NCBI GenBank assembly: GCA_965218585.1
Contig: CBDCLE010000024.1
Span: 321,037-385,036, forward strand
Reading direction: 5' to 3'
Source of the DNA: Terriglobia bacterium
GTDB taxonomy: Bacteria; Acidobacteriota; Terriglobia; 20CM-2-55-15
DNA length: 64,000 bases
Shown here: positions 18,152 to 29,351 of the stretch, in pieces
How positions within the stretch are numbered: the stretch's first letter is position 1
How the letters are laid out: every line of letters starts with the position of its first letter
Position numbers and translations under genes: made by a program
The notes under the pieces: model-generated
What the model was told of the DNA's origin: nothing
The model's input: only the letters and a program-made list of their open reading frames with translations
Database searches by the model: none

Positions 18152-20260
18152 CTACCGGGCCAGCGGATCGGGCCGTACCTGGAAATGTACGACAAGCGGC
18201 CTGTTTCCCTGACCGCCTTCCATGAGCCAGGGTGTCCGATCACCTTCCGAGACCCACAACCCGCGGCCCTTCCAGCCGGCATCCGGGTCGTCTATGCGCC
18301 CGTCAAACCCCTTGCTGTAGAAGCCCATCGGGTATGGAATACGGAGGGTCACGAACTCGCCGTCCACAAGAGCGTGAACGCCGTCAGCGAGGTTCCCCGT
18401 GGCGATCGGGACGTTCTCACCGAGTCCGGAAGAATTACGCTGGTCGACCCAGGTGTAGTAGCTGGACTCGACGCTGAACTCCGGCAAGTCGTCGAAGCCG
18501 GGCCCGGGCAGATCATGCAGGGTCCAGCCTTCCTGACAGTGGTCTCCGGTGGCATCCGGACCATTCAATGGCCCTGTGCATTTACTGCGATCAAACTCAC
18601 CCATGTGTCCGCTTCCAAGTGACGCCCAGACCACGCCGTTACGGTCGATGTCCGCGCCTCGGACCCCGAACCCCGGGGCCGGAGGACGATAGATCTCTCC
18701 GAGCCCGGTTTCCGGATCGTATCGGACGACGGCGCCCCTAGCCTGGAAGGCGTTCGATCCCCAGATAGAACCGTCAGCGGGGTTCGGCATTACGGCGTAG
18801 AAGCCCGCGTTGATTCGTGTGTCCATCTGTGGGTTTGCGGGTTCATCCGGTTCGGTCCAGTCGTCCCGTTGGCCATTACCATTGGTATCCAGAATGAGGG
18901 GCGACCAGCCCTGTGAAGCTTCGCTGTCGCCGGTCTCGTCATACATCCTGGTGTCGAACCAGCCGACCACGGGGCCACCGCCACTGGTCCAGAGCGTGTT
19001 GTTCTCGTCCTCGGCGAACTGAAGATGGTGCGTCCCGTAACAGGTGTCTATGGGCGTATATTCTCCGGTATCCGGTTCGTACACGGCCAGCTGCCGTCCC
19101 GAGCGGGCGTTGGGAAACAGTTGGGCGGATGGATGATCGGAACCTTCCTGGCAGAAATCCGGATTGTTCGGTCCCCGGACTCTTGCGGTGTACCAGACAC
19201 GGCCGTCTTGGTCGAACATCGGGTTGTGGGCGTTTGCCTGGCTGTCCCATATGATCTCCTCACCCCAATAGGGTGAAGCCGCATACGGAGGTGTGCTCGC
19301 CGTTGTCGGTGTATCCGGGTCCAGTACCCGAGCCCTCAAGCTGGTGTCCGTGTTGGCGACCGGGTCAAGGATCGGGAAATCGTCCGTGCTGAGCTCCGGG
19401 GCCCCATAGATCCGGCCATACGGGTTGAGGGTGGGGTCGCGGCGGTCGGTGGATGCTAGATCGTGCATATAGACCGAAGGGCTGCCCCAGTCCCGGACCG
19501 TCGCGACAACGTTCCGCTCGATCCCGGACGGTCTGTCCGGCACGGTCTCGGGTATCTCGCCGGCAGCAATACGATCGGTCCAGTCCGCCAGGTACTTGAT
19601 GGGAATGCCCTGCAGGCGGCCGGTCACCTGTCCCAGCATCTGTCCGCCGGCCTGCCCGGATTGAATCCGGCGCGTCCAGGCATCTTCGGAGGATTCGAAC
19701 TCTCCCAGGCTTTCCGGTATCGTGCGGGTCGATGCCTGACCTAGCTGGTGGCAACCGATGCAACCCATGTTCTTCATGAAAGCGAGATACGAGTTCATGC
19801 CCCCCGGAATGTTTTCCACTTCACTTTCTTCGGGCAGGTCCATCATGGAGTACCAGTGACTGGCAGGGTAGACCTGGGCGGCCGTAGCGGCGTCAGCAGC
19901 AACAACGGCGGTAAGGTCGAGCATGTCTCCGGGTGAGGCGGCCACCTTCGCTGAGTCGCTCAGACCATAGCCGCGAACCCAGATGTCGTAGTCTGCGCTC
20001 GGGAGATCGGGAACCACGTAGCGTCCCTCGTCATCGGTCACCACGATCCGGGCGAATCGTGTTTCAAATTCTTCTGTTTCCGCGATGACCCAGACGCCGG
20101 CTTCCGGGCCGTTGGCGCTGGTGACGACACCCCCGATATCGTCGTTATCGATCTGGAGTGTGGAACTTTCCGCCCCCTGACATCCCGTCATGACGACGAC
20201 CATCAGAATACCCAGAGCAAAAACGGTGCTTTTACAGTACAAGCCGTTGCCTATCCTCAT
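18152..20260 (-). CDS. Exported (lipo)protein: carboxypeptidase-regulatory-like domain, c-type heme motif and predicted beta-propeller
   Basis: Lipobox VMTGC; VVTDDEGRYVVPDLP; CIGCH; propeller-like repeats (DQDGRVWYT, DRNGVVWAS). Confidence 0.75.
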   Translation of the reverse strand: MRIGNGLYCKSTVFALGILMVVVMTGCQGAESSTLQIDNDDIGGVVTSANGPEAGVWVIAETEEFETRFARIVVTDDEGRYVVPDLPSADYDIWVRGYGLSDSAKVAASPGDMLDLTAVVAADAATAAQVYPASHWYSMMDLPEESEVENIPGGMNSYLAFMKNMGCIGCHQLGQASTRTIPESLGEFESSEDAWTRRIQSGQAGGQMLGQVTGRLQGIPIKYLADWTDRIAAGEIPETVPDRPSGIERNVVATVRDWGSPSVYMHDLASTDRRDPTLNPYGRIYGAPELSTDDFPILDPVANTDTSLRARVLDPDTPTTASTPPYAASPYWGEEIIWDSQANAHNPMFDQDGRVWYTARVRGPNNPDFCQEGSDHPSAQLFPNARSGRQLAVYEPDTGEYTPIDTCYGTHHLQFAEDENNTLWTSGGGPVVGWFDTRMYDETGDSEASQGWSPLILDTNGNGQRDDWTEPDEPANPQMDTRINAGFYAVMPNPADGSIWGSNAFQARGAVVRYDPETGLGEIYRPPAPGFGVRGADIDRNGVVWASLGSGHMGEFDRSKCTGPLNGPDATGDHCQEGWTLHDLPGPGFDDLPEFSVESSYYTWVDQRNSSGLGENVPIATGNLADGVHALVDGEFVTLRIPYPMGFYSKGFDGRIDDPDAGWKGRGLWVSEGDRTPWLMEGGQGNRPLVVHFQVRPDPLAR

Positions 20261-20438
20261 CTCGTTCTCTCCCTCAGGTGGATTTGGTTCCGCCGATTCT
20301 ATCATTCCGGTGGGTTCGGGCGTGTGTGTTAGTGAACGGTTGTTTTTCCCTCTCCGCGATGATATCCACTGTACTTGAGTGTGCCAAGTTTGGCAGAAAG
20401 CAGGTTACTGGCCCCATCTCGAAAAAGGACTGTGAATC

Positions 20439-20812
20439 GTGACGCTGGGAGATCTGAACAAACATAAATACGTGGCGCTGGAGACGTATAAGAAGAGCGG
20501 TCAAGGCGTGAGCACGGCGATGTGGGTCACGGCCAAAGCCGACGCTTTGTACATGCTGACGGACGCGAACAGCTGGAAGGCGAAACGAATCCGGAACAAC
20601 GACCGGGTTCGCCTGGCCCAGAGTGACTCGAAGGGAAAACTGTGAAGGGTGAGTGGGTGGACGCCAAGGCCCGGCTTCTTGATGATCCTGAGATACTGGC
20701 GGCACAGAAGCGGCGAGCCGTGGCAAAATACGGCGTGATGGTCCGATTGATGTCTCTTATTGTGCGACTGACCGAACCCGGGCGAGTCGATGTCGTGATT
20801 GAGATTCAGTGA
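20439..20812 (+). pseudogene. PPOX-class F420-dependent oxidoreductase-like gene, frameshifted near 20638
   Basis: LETYKKSGQGVSTAMW and SWKAKRIRNNDRVRLA; continues in another frame as VKGEWVDAKARLL...KYG...VVIEIQ* after the GGGAAAAC run. Confidence 0.7.
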
Positions 20813-20868
20813 ATAGGTGGAAACAGATGAATGTGATGACAAGGCTGAAAGATGTTTACGGAGCGAAG

Positions 20869-22721
20869 ATGTGGAAAGTCTCCTTTGAATCCGCCACGAG
20901 CTTGGTCCTCGTGTCGATTCTCAGTGTAAGCATATCTCCGGTGGCTCTTGCCCAGGGCTTGAACGCTGGACCAGGGTCGAGCGAGGAGCAGCGGGCACGC
21001 ATGGAGTTGCCGGAGGTTGAATCTCGGGCCCGGGATTTCGCGACTGCCGAAGAACACTACGACTACCTGCTGGAGGAAGCTGACGGCGGCACCCGGCACA
21101 CGATGGCCACCATACCGGTCTGGGACGGACTCTGGGGTTCGGGGAACAACACGATGCCCGGCCTGTTCTTAGAAGATGGATCGCTGGCGATTGCCATGAG
21201 CCCAGGCGGAACTGTGAAAGAAGACGTCTTGACTCCTGCCTATGAGCAGCAGTTTCGGGAACGTCGAGCGGAACTGGAACAGTACGGCGAACAGCTCTAC
21301 GACCACCTGACCAACTGTGAGTACCCCGGTGCAGCGCGCTGGCTCTGGGAGCCGTATATCAAGGAGTTCGTCAACACGCCGAAACAGACTTGGATGCTAA
21401 ACGACATGATGAACGAGACCCGCCGCGTCTATATCGGTGCCGAACACGTCAACATCGAAGGAGCACACTCGGCGACCGGCGACAGTATCGGTTTCTGGGA
21501 TGATGACAAGCTGGTCCTGTGGACCAAATGGATTCAACCGGTCGACTACCTGCGCGGCCTACCGTTGACCAGCAATCAACTCGAGATGGTAGAAAGCTGG
21601 CAACAGATCACGGGAGAGGACGGGGCCAGAATGTTGGTCACCCAGGTGACGTTTTACGATCCCATCGGACTGGTCAGGCCACAGTCGGCCGTTTACAGTC
21701 ACAATTCCCGCCCGGACCTTGAGGAATTCGGTGTCCGGATCCGAAACTGGGAATGCCCGACCAGCACCAACTCTTACCTAAGGCGTGTTAACACTAATGA
21801 GCATGAATGTTTTATAATCAGGCATGGAGATCACACAGGAGCAGTATTGTCGCATCGAGCCGGAACTGCCGCGTCAGCGGGGCAACGTCAGTCTTTCGAA
21901 CCTGACGGTCTTGAACGCCATTTTGTATGTGGCTGAGCAGGGCTGCAAGTGGCGCGGTCTGCCCAAGCGCTTTGGCAACTGGCACACCATCTACACCCGG
22001 ATGAACCGCTGGTCCAAGAACGGGGTGCTCGACGCCGTCTTCGAAAAAACTCCAGCGCGAGCAACTGGTGCGCATCCGGGTGGAAGCCGTTTCGATGGAC
22101 TCGACCATTGTGAAGGTGCATCCCGACGGCACGGGAGCGTTAAAAAAAACGGTCCGCAAGCGATCGGCAAATCCCGCGGTGGATGGACCACCAAGATTCA
22201 TCTGGTTGCCGCGAATGCTCGAACGGCGATAACGTTTGCGCTCTCGCCCGGCCAAGCGCACGACGCCCCGCAGGGCCGCGATCTGCTCGCCGGCCTGGGG
22301 CCGTTGCCCGCGCCGCTGCCGCTGCTGATGGACCGTGCCTACCAGGACGACCAGACCCGCCAATTGGCTCTGGATTTTGGGTGGATTCCCGTCGTGCCGC
22401 CCAAGCGCAACCGCCTGGAGCCGTGGGAATACGACCGCGTGCTCTACCGCCGCAGGAACGAAGTCGAGAGGCTCTTCCGCCGACTCAAGGGTTTTCGGCG
22501 TATCTTCTCCCGTTTCGATAAACTCGACGTCATGTTTCCTCGCCTTCCTTCACTTCGCACTCATCGTCGAGGCACTACGTTAGTGTTAACACGTCCTAGC
22601 TGAGGACGGGACAACGCAGTTTTACCTGCCGGGAGATCTCGAATACAAGGATCCGCGCGGGTTTACGGATTTTCCGGATATCCCGGGTCAGTCGCTCAAT
22701 CCTATTTTCGATGCGCAATGA
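20869..22721 (+). pseudogene. Exported DUF6152-partner family protein (copy 3, divergent) interrupted by IS5
   Basis: NCEYPG, TRRVYI, GDSIGFWDDDKLV, FYDP and WECP motifs. Removing 21781-22598 restores ...NSYLAEDGTTQFYLPG...PIFDAQ*. Confidence 0.8.
21781..22596 (+). mobile_element. IS5 family (IS427-like) insertion sequence
   Basis: TIRs AGGCGTGTTAACACTA / TAGTGTTAACACGTCC; TA target duplication; transposase 21824-22583 with GCKWRGLP, SRGGWTTKIH, DRAY and RNEVERLFRRLK; slippery A-run at ~22142 plus extra indels. Confidence 0.92.
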
Positions 22722-22761
22722 GTCACTGAGGGCAAAGAGCCAAATGGAGAGGAAGACGACG

Positions 22762-23226
22762 ATGAAAAACCTAATGCTTGCCGCATTCGTGATCGCCACC
22801 TTGTGCGTGGCTGGTACGGCCACGGGCCACCATTCGTTCGCGATGTTTGATACAGCCCAGGAAATGTTGATTGAGGGACGTGTTGTGGACTGGCACTACA
22901 ACAACCCGCATAGTTGGCTGTATGTCGAAGCTCCCGATGAAAACGGTGAAATGCAGACCTGGAGTATTGAGGGGGCGGCACGGGTGCATGCTGCCCGTCA
23001 GGGCGTGACCGGTAACACGTTTCGAAAAGGTGAATTTGTCAGGGTGGTGATGAACCCTCTTCGGGACGGGCGACGCGCCGGTGCGGTGTGCATCGTCGTC
23101 AAAGAGGACGGAACCATTGCACAGCCGAATGACGGGACATGTATCGCAAACGACGTTATCGACCGGTGGGAGTCAAACGGGTGGTTTGAGACGACCGGTC
23201 ATCTCGACGTTCATCCTGCCGACTGA
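22762..23226 (+). CDS. DUF6152-like exported protein (copy C)
   Basis: Signal peptide ending ATG followed by HHSFAMFD; NPHSWLYV; PLRDG. Confidence 0.85.
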   Translation: MKNLMLAAFVIATLCVAGTATGHHSFAMFDTAQEMLIEGRVVDWHYNNPHSWLYVEAPDENGEMQTWSIEGAARVHAARQGVTGNTFRKGEFVRVVMNPLRDGRRAGAVCIVVKEDGTIAQPNDGTCIANDVIDRWESNGWFETTGHLDVHPAD

Positions 23227-23494
23227 TTTCCCTCGGGGACGGACCCCCTTGAGCCGATAACTGCCGTTTCCCAAACGAGGGCAGATCCGGCCAGCTCGTC
23301 GGGCCAAGTCAGGCAGGACGCCGGACATATCGCGGTCAATACCCTCAAATGAATGTGCCGTTCTGAACAGGTACTGGGCCTACCCAATTTGTTGACTGCT
23401 TGTTGCCGGCACCAATATACTTCCGCCAAATCTACCTGACAGAGTACGTTTACTGAACGACAGGGGAATCTGAGCCCAGGTAAGGGGGTGTCTT

Positions 23495-23797
23495 ATGTCA
23501 GCGAATCGACGTGAGTTTTTCAAGGCAGCGGGACTGGCAGCGACAGGCGCGGTGGCGGCAACGAGCCCGCTATCTGCCGGGGTTGAATCTGAACCACAGG
23601 CGCAACTGGCTCCTGAGACTGTCGGAGCCAAACTTCGTGAGCTGCTCGAGACAGATACAACGTCGATTACGGAATCAGACAGCTCTGATTACTGTCCTTG
23701 TCCCCCCGTCCACACGGCACACTTGTCCCCGAGCAGGGCGGGTCATTGGGACTCGCCCCGCACCTCGAGCATCGGTGAAAAACCGAACCACGGGTGA
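23495..23797 (+). pseudogene. Tat-signal gene remnant
   Basis: MSANRREFFKAAG twin-arginine leader with RBS, then ...VGAKLRELLE, followed by an implausible low-information tail. Confidence 0.5.
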
Positions 23798-23839
23798 ACA
23801 TACCGGACGCCTCAACACCATGTATAAGGGAGTGAAAAG

Positions 23840-24679
23840 ATGGATCATGCCAGTAGTTTCAGAACAGTAGCCAAGAGGGCTCGGGGCGCGATGATCTCTT
23901 TTTTCGTGGCAGCCGCCGTGCTGGTAGGCCCCATGGACATTGCAGCTCAGAATCCCACGATCTCTCCGGTCGGGTCGGATTTTCTTGGGACCTGGCGCAA
24001 GACGAGCCCGGGCGGAAACTGCGGTTCCCTCCTAGACCCTTTCGGCGGCCCTCGTGAGTTTTGTCAGTTTCCGGTCGATCAACTCGAACCGCTTTTGAAC
24101 GGAAGGGCCCGGGCATGGATCGAGTTTTCCGACGAAACCTTGTCGCCGAGATGGGCCTGCGTCGCGGCGGGAATCCAAACCGTGTTGACCGATGCCGGGG
24201 GCTACCTTTGGACCATATCCACGAGGCCTGATGCGGTCGTGCAGTCCTTCGAGCAGTCCAACTGGGTGCGTTACATCTGGATGGACGGCCGGGGCCATCC
24301 GCCTGCTACCGACATCTTTTATCACGGACATTCGATCGGCCGCATGGACGGCAACGTGTTGGTCGTCGAAACTACGAATTTTACGTTTGATCCGGATGGC
24401 TGGGACGACCAGTCCCACATCGCCACTTCGCATCTGAAGAAGTTGACCGAGCGCTACATACCCACCGGCACGGACACTGTGGAGATTGAATTCACCGTCG
24501 AGGATCCTGTTTTTCTGAAGGCGCCTTTTACGTGGAGCCATACGTATGGAAAGACCGATCAACAGTTCATCGGTTCCTGGGACTGCGATCCCGAGGTTGG
24601 CTTGCGGGAACTGTATCAGTCGATTCCGAGCAGGTACGAGGACGACACGACGCCAGCGAGGTATATAAACAGCTTCTAG
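23840..24679 (+). CDS. Exported DUF6152-partner family protein (copy 4)
   Basis: DFLGTW, WACV, RYIWMDGRGHP, YHGHSIGRMDG, ETTNFTFDP, TERY, TVEDP and DCDP motifs. Confidence 0.82.
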   Translation: MDHASSFRTVAKRARGAMISFFVAAAVLVGPMDIAAQNPTISPVGSDFLGTWRKTSPGGNCGSLLDPFGGPREFCQFPVDQLEPLLNGRARAWIEFSDETLSPRWACVAAGIQTVLTDAGGYLWTISTRPDAVVQSFEQSNWVRYIWMDGRGHPPATDIFYHGHSIGRMDGNVLVVETTNFTFDPDGWDDQSHIATSHLKKLTERYIPTGTDTVEIEFTVEDPVFLKAPFTWSHTYGKTDQQFIGSWDCDPEVGLRELYQSIPSRYEDDTTPARYINSF

Positions 24680-24691
24680 CGGGAGGGTAGA

Positions 24692-24862
24692 GTGGCGAAA
24701 CTTTTGGTTCCCACAATTTTGGCCGTTACCTTTCTTGTTCTGGCCGTCCCGATCCAGGCACACCATTCGATCACTGCACTCTGGTTTACGGACCGAAGCA
24801 TTCCGATCACCGGGCTTGTGCGTTCGTACGGACAAGAAGAACTCGAAAGAAACCTGGACTAG
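24692..24862 (+). pseudogene. Truncated DUF6152-like gene (copy D)
   Basis: GGAGG RBS and GTG start: MAKLLVPTILAVTFLVLAVPIQA-HHSITALWFTDRSIPITGLVRSY, then breaks before NPH at the IS1595 junction; not in the ORF track. Confidence 0.75.
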
Positions 24863-25151
24863 GCCACCAGATCCTTGTAGGGGAGCATGTCCGCGTTGAC
24901 GATCAAACGCAAGGCATCCCGGAAGATGTAAGGGTTGTCGCGGTTGTTGAAGCGCCATTCCAGTTCCTCAAGATAACGGTCCAGATGTTTCGCACTGATC
25001 TTATGGAACGATCCGACGATAGACCGCTTGAACAGGCTCCACACGCCCTCAATGCTGTTGGTGTGGACATCGCCGACAACCCATTCCTCAGCGGAGTGGT
25101 TGACGGTCTCATGGCGCGTGTCGTGATCCTCGATCCCGAGGTAAGACTTCA
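24859..25151 (-). mobile_element. IS1595 family (ISXO2-like) transposase 3' fragment
   Basis: HETVNHS...VHTNSIEGVWSLFKR...HLDRYLEELEWRFN; cut at the IS256 end. Confidence 0.85.
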
Positions 25152-26539
25152 GGAGTTATTGTCAAAAGTGGTGTTTTGCCGATTGACTCAAGCGGCGGCC
25201 TGATCGACGTGGGTCACTTCGATTCCATCGTTGAATTTCACTCCAGTAATCACCTTGGGCAGATCATCGAATCCTCGTAATCGTCGCCAGTTCTTTTGAG
25301 CGCACTGTCCCAGTTTGAACATCATGTGCAGCATGCCAACCCGCGTCAGGCAACCCCTGGATCGCTTGGTTCGGTGGCGAATGGTAGCAAAGGTCGACTC
25401 AATGGGATTGGTCGTTCGGATGCTCTGCCAGTGCTTGGCCGGGAAGTTGAAGAAGGCCAGCAGTTCTTCTTTGTCTTTCTGGAGGCAGCGAGTGGCTTTC
25501 GGATACTTCGGCTCATAGGTTTCAATGAACAGATCGAATGCCTTCTCGGCGTCTGCCTGTGTCTGAGCCCGCCAGATCGCGTGCAAAGCCTGTTTCGCCT
25601 TCGCCTGGGCCGACTTCGGGAGCCCGTTCAGTACGTTCATGGTCTTGTGCATCCAGCAACGTTGGTGACGTGTCTCGGGATAGATTTCCTCCAGTGCGGC
25701 CCAGAATCCCATCGCACCGTCTCCGATGGCCAACTTCGGGATATTCATCCCACGCGACTTCAGCTTTAACAAGACCTCGCGCCAACTCTGTGTCGATTCC
25801 CGGACACCGTCTTCGATTGCCAGAAAACGTTTCTCTCCGCGTTGATTCGCGCCGATCACCACCAGTGCGCACAACTTGGTTTCTTCGGCCCGCAGTCCGC
25901 TGTAGATACCGTCGGCCCAGACATAGACCCAGCGATCGGCATCCAATCGCTCCTCGCATCCCCGGCGGTACTGCTCGGCCCAGACCTGTTTCAACCGCGA
26001 TACCGTGCTCGCCGACAGGCCCTGCGCCTGGGGTCCGACAAGAACTTTTAGAGCGTCACCCATCTCGCCGCTGGAGACGCCTTTCAAATACAACCACGGC
26101 ACCGCTGCTTCCAGCGATTTCGTTTTCCGAATGTAGGGAGGTACCAGGGCCGACCGGAACGTTACCGGGTCGCCAGTCTTCGCTCGGACTTTCGGGATCT
26201 GGACCGTTACCGGCCCCAAACCGGTCTGCAGTTCACGTTCAGGCAGATAACCGTTGCGCACCACCCCGGCGTTGCCCGTCTCGGTTCTCCGATCGCCGTG
26301 GTGGGATAGCAGTTCCGCCAATTCGGTTTCCACCGCGCGTTGGATCAGTTGCTGAGCTCCAACTCGTAGTAGCTCTGTTATCGGATCCTCAATCGTCTCT
26401 CGACCCTCCGGTCCATTCACGTTACTCTTGCTCATAGTGGCGTATCTCCCTTGGTTGCTTTGAAGTCTGGTAAACAACAAATCAACCAGATACGCCGCTC
26501 TTCCTCAATCCCTTAAACACCAGATTCGGTTATAACTCC
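25152..26539 (-). mobile_element. IS256 family element, transposase 25188-26435
   Basis: RNGYLPER, YVWADGIY, QRCWMHK and RTTNPIES motifs; imperfect TIRs GGAGTTAT..TGGTGTTT at both ends; no matching target duplication. Confidence 0.92.
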
Positions 26540-26619
26540 CGGACTTTGAGCAACGACGCAAGAAGGCGATCGTTACTACAGAAGGGGCCGCCGAAGTTCG
26601 TTTCCAGCAAGCTCTCTAT

Positions 26620-28087
26620 TACTACTATGTTACAAACGAAGCGGTCCACAGAACGGACAACGAGGAAGCTGCTGAATCAGGAAGCGGGCGATGCGAATGC
26701 GAAGCGTGGCAATCGAGCAGGGGTTATGTCGTTCGGGCCGGATCCGGGGTTCCGCGGGGTTTGAAGTGTTTGGGGAGTTTGGGGACGGATAGTCCAACAT
26801 GCTCGACAAATGCAGAGGGGGAAAAACGGCTCCGCTCGGCGACCAGGAACCCATAAGAGGCAATACATAAGGTGCCATGATGGTGAAATCCACGCCAGCC
26901 GCGACCTTCGTAGTGTCCCAGACCGAGTTCCTGCTTGAGTTCCTGATAGTCGCGTTCGATGATCCAGCGCTGTTTGGCCTGACCGGCCAGATCGGAAAGC
27001 GAGGTATGGGCCCCAAGAGTGGAGAGCCAGTACCGGATCGGTTCGGATGCGGTCTTGGGCCACTCGACCAACAACCACTCTTTCGGATGCGGCGAGTGGC
27101 GCTCGTGATCCAGATGAGCGGGACGAATGCGAACTGCGGCGAAACGGGAACGCAGGGTCTCGGAGGTGCCTTCGCGCCAGGAGACGTTCTTCCAACGCTG
27201 GGGAGACAACGAGAGGGCCAGTTGCTTGACCGAAACCGGTTGATGTTTCTTGTTGCGCTGCATGCGGGTCGGTGTCCGTCCGCGGCCGGTCAAGGATTTC
27301 GGCGGCAAGGGACCCTGGCCCGGTTTCCACACGGTCGTGGTGCCTTGCACCCCTAGGACGTAGCTAAGTCCGAGTTCGGTGATGCCGTGCCGGAACTTGT
27401 AGTTGTTGCCGTAGGCCGTATCGCCCAGAACCGGTGCCGGAGCAATGCCGTCATCGACGGCCTGCCGGATTTGTTCCAAAGCAATTTGAGGTTTAGTTTG
27501 AAATCGAACGTCTTCGGGAATAGCGGCTTTGCTTCGACGTTCCGGATCCTTCGCCCAGGTCTCGGGGAGGTAGAGTCGCCATGCCACCGGCAAGCTGGAT
27601 TTCGCTGTCGCCACCGACAGGCTCACCGCCACCCGGCAGTTCTCAGGTTTGCCGACCTGTCCACAGTATTGCCGGGCCACACCCACCGAGTGGGTCCCCT
27701 TTTTCACGAATCCGGTGTCGTCGACAATCCAGGCTTCAATCGGACCGTTGGCTTCCATCGCCCCCAGCGCGTACTGTCGAACTTCTGCCAACAGAGCCGC
27801 ATCGTCCCAGGGCGCATCCGCGACCAGATGATGTAGCGACTGGTGCATTCGGCGTACATTATCCGGAGCCAATCGTGCAGCCATCGGCTCCACACTCTTA
27901 CGTTTGATCGGCAGCAACAACCCGGTGCAGTACGACTTCAACGGTTCATGACGATCGGCGTGTCCTGCGGCCGACGCCAGGCGTTCCAAATAGGCCGCAA
28001 AACGTTTTTCCTGAGTGCCTGGCGCCTTCGATTTGGCGCTCATGACCGGATGCTAACATAAAATAGACCGTTTGTAACACAGTAGTA
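26620..28087 (-). mobile_element. IS701 family element, transposase 26724-28043
   Basis: RKSVEPMAA, IVDDTGFVKKGTHSVGVARQYCG and RWIIERDYQELKQELGL motifs; 19-bp TIR TACTACTATGTTACAAACG / CGTTTGTAACACAGTAGTA; flanks CTAT and CTAG. Confidence 0.93.
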
Positions 28088-28385
28088 CTAGACGGAATCC
28101 TCGACAAGACGGGGAAGATACCAGACGGTGAAGAAGATCTCTGCTTTCAGGGGTCAGCTTGTCCTTGAGCCTCCTTACACGCAAGCACCGTCCTTGAAAA
28201 TCTGGCTCCCTTTGACGATAATCGCCTCAATGGCCGCGACACATTCAAAGCGCTCGAACCGCACCTGACGCGGGGGGCACTGGGCGGCCGGAAGAGCTTT
28301 TTGGGTGGGTCTTTCCGTAGATCTGCAGGGTTTCTTCTAATACTCCGTTACCTGCATGGGTGTGTGCTGACAAGGAGCAAATGGC

Positions 28386-29351
28386 ATGGCGTTCGGAACA
28401 GCAAAACTCGGCGGACTGGCGGCGTTGTCCGCTTTGATGGCCCTGGGGCTGACCAGCCCGCTCGACGCCCAGAGGGGTATTGCCGGGATAACCGATTTTT
28501 CTGGCGAGTGGGTCGACAACTCGTTTGAAGGAGACGATCGCGGCGGGCCCCGCACGGCGGGTCCGAGTCGAGCGAACGGACTCCAGCCCGATGCGTGGCT
28601 CGGCAACTACCTTGGCATACCCTACAACGACGCCGGACGGCAGAAAGCCGCAGCCTTCGATCTTTCCATCTATTCCCACCCCGCCTGGATGTTCAGACCC
28701 CACCCTGTCCAGTATTCGATGCGTGGGGTCATCGCCCAGTGGAGGATGTCGAAGGAAATCAATCCACTGAACGGCAGGTTAGTGGCCTATCGAATCACGA
28801 CTGGTTACAACCTCGACCGGATCATCTGGATGGACGGACGTGGGCACCCACCCGCTTATGCCGAACACTCCTACCAGGGCTTCTCGACCGGACGGTTCGA
28901 GCGTGGAATGCTGGTGGTGACGACCACGCACATGAAGCACGGATACCACAGGCGCAACGGCGCCCCGGCGAGCGACCAGGCGACGATGACCGAGCACTTC
29001 ATACGTCATGACGACCGGTTGACGATCGTGCAGTTCACTGAGGATCCGATATATCTCGAGGAGCCCTACGTTCGTACCGGGGACCATGTCCTGGCACGCG
29101 ATCGGCATGCGGCAATTGCTTTCATAGGTCCCACAGCCGCGGGCTGGGGTGCAATCGAAGAGGTCATGTGGGACGAGGGTTACCTTCCGCATTACACGTT
29201 GGGTACCCGTCACCCACAGCTTGCGGACTGGCTCGGAGTCCCCTATGAAGCGACTCAAGGGGGAAGTGAAACGATCTATCCCGAATACCGCGAGACGTTG
29301 AGGCAGTTGATGAGTGAAACCGGGACAAGCACATCCCGTGGTGGGAGGTAG
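28386..29351 (+). CDS. Exported DUF6152-partner family protein (copy 5, divergent subfamily)
   Basis: DFSGEW, RIIWMDGRGHP, QGFSTGRFE, TEHF and TEDPIYLEEP motifs; lacks Cys. Confidence 0.75.
   Translation: MAFGTAKLGGLAALSALMALGLTSPLDAQRGIAGITDFSGEWVDNSFEGDDRGGPRTAGPSRANGLQPDAWLGNYLGIPYNDAGRQKAAAFDLSIYSHPAWMFRPHPVQYSMRGVIAQWRMSKEINPLNGRLVAYRITTGYNLDRIIWMDGRGHPPAYAEHSYQGFSTGRFERGMLVVTTTHMKHGYHRRNGAPASDQATMTEHFIRHDDRLTIVQFTEDPIYLEEPYVRTGDHVLARDRHAAIAFIGPTAAGWGAIEEVMWDEGYLPHYTLGTRHPQLADWLGVPYEATQGGSETIYPEYRETLRQLMSETGTSTSRGGR

Noticed and set aside
20630-20645. Programmed frameshift in the PPOX-class gene
   Set aside because: It is a short homopolymer indel in a window with many similar indels, so error or decay is more parsimonious.
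24032-24958. Long antisense or alternative-frame ORFs (e.g. 24032-24958, 25538-26437, 40530-41555, 46445-47329)
   Set aside because: They shadow well-supported genes, as expected in GC-rich DNA, and have no recognisable motifs.
28090-28380. Riboswitch, or the missing 3' half of DUF6152 copy D
   Set aside because: No riboswitch consensus was recognised and no NPH-containing frame was found.
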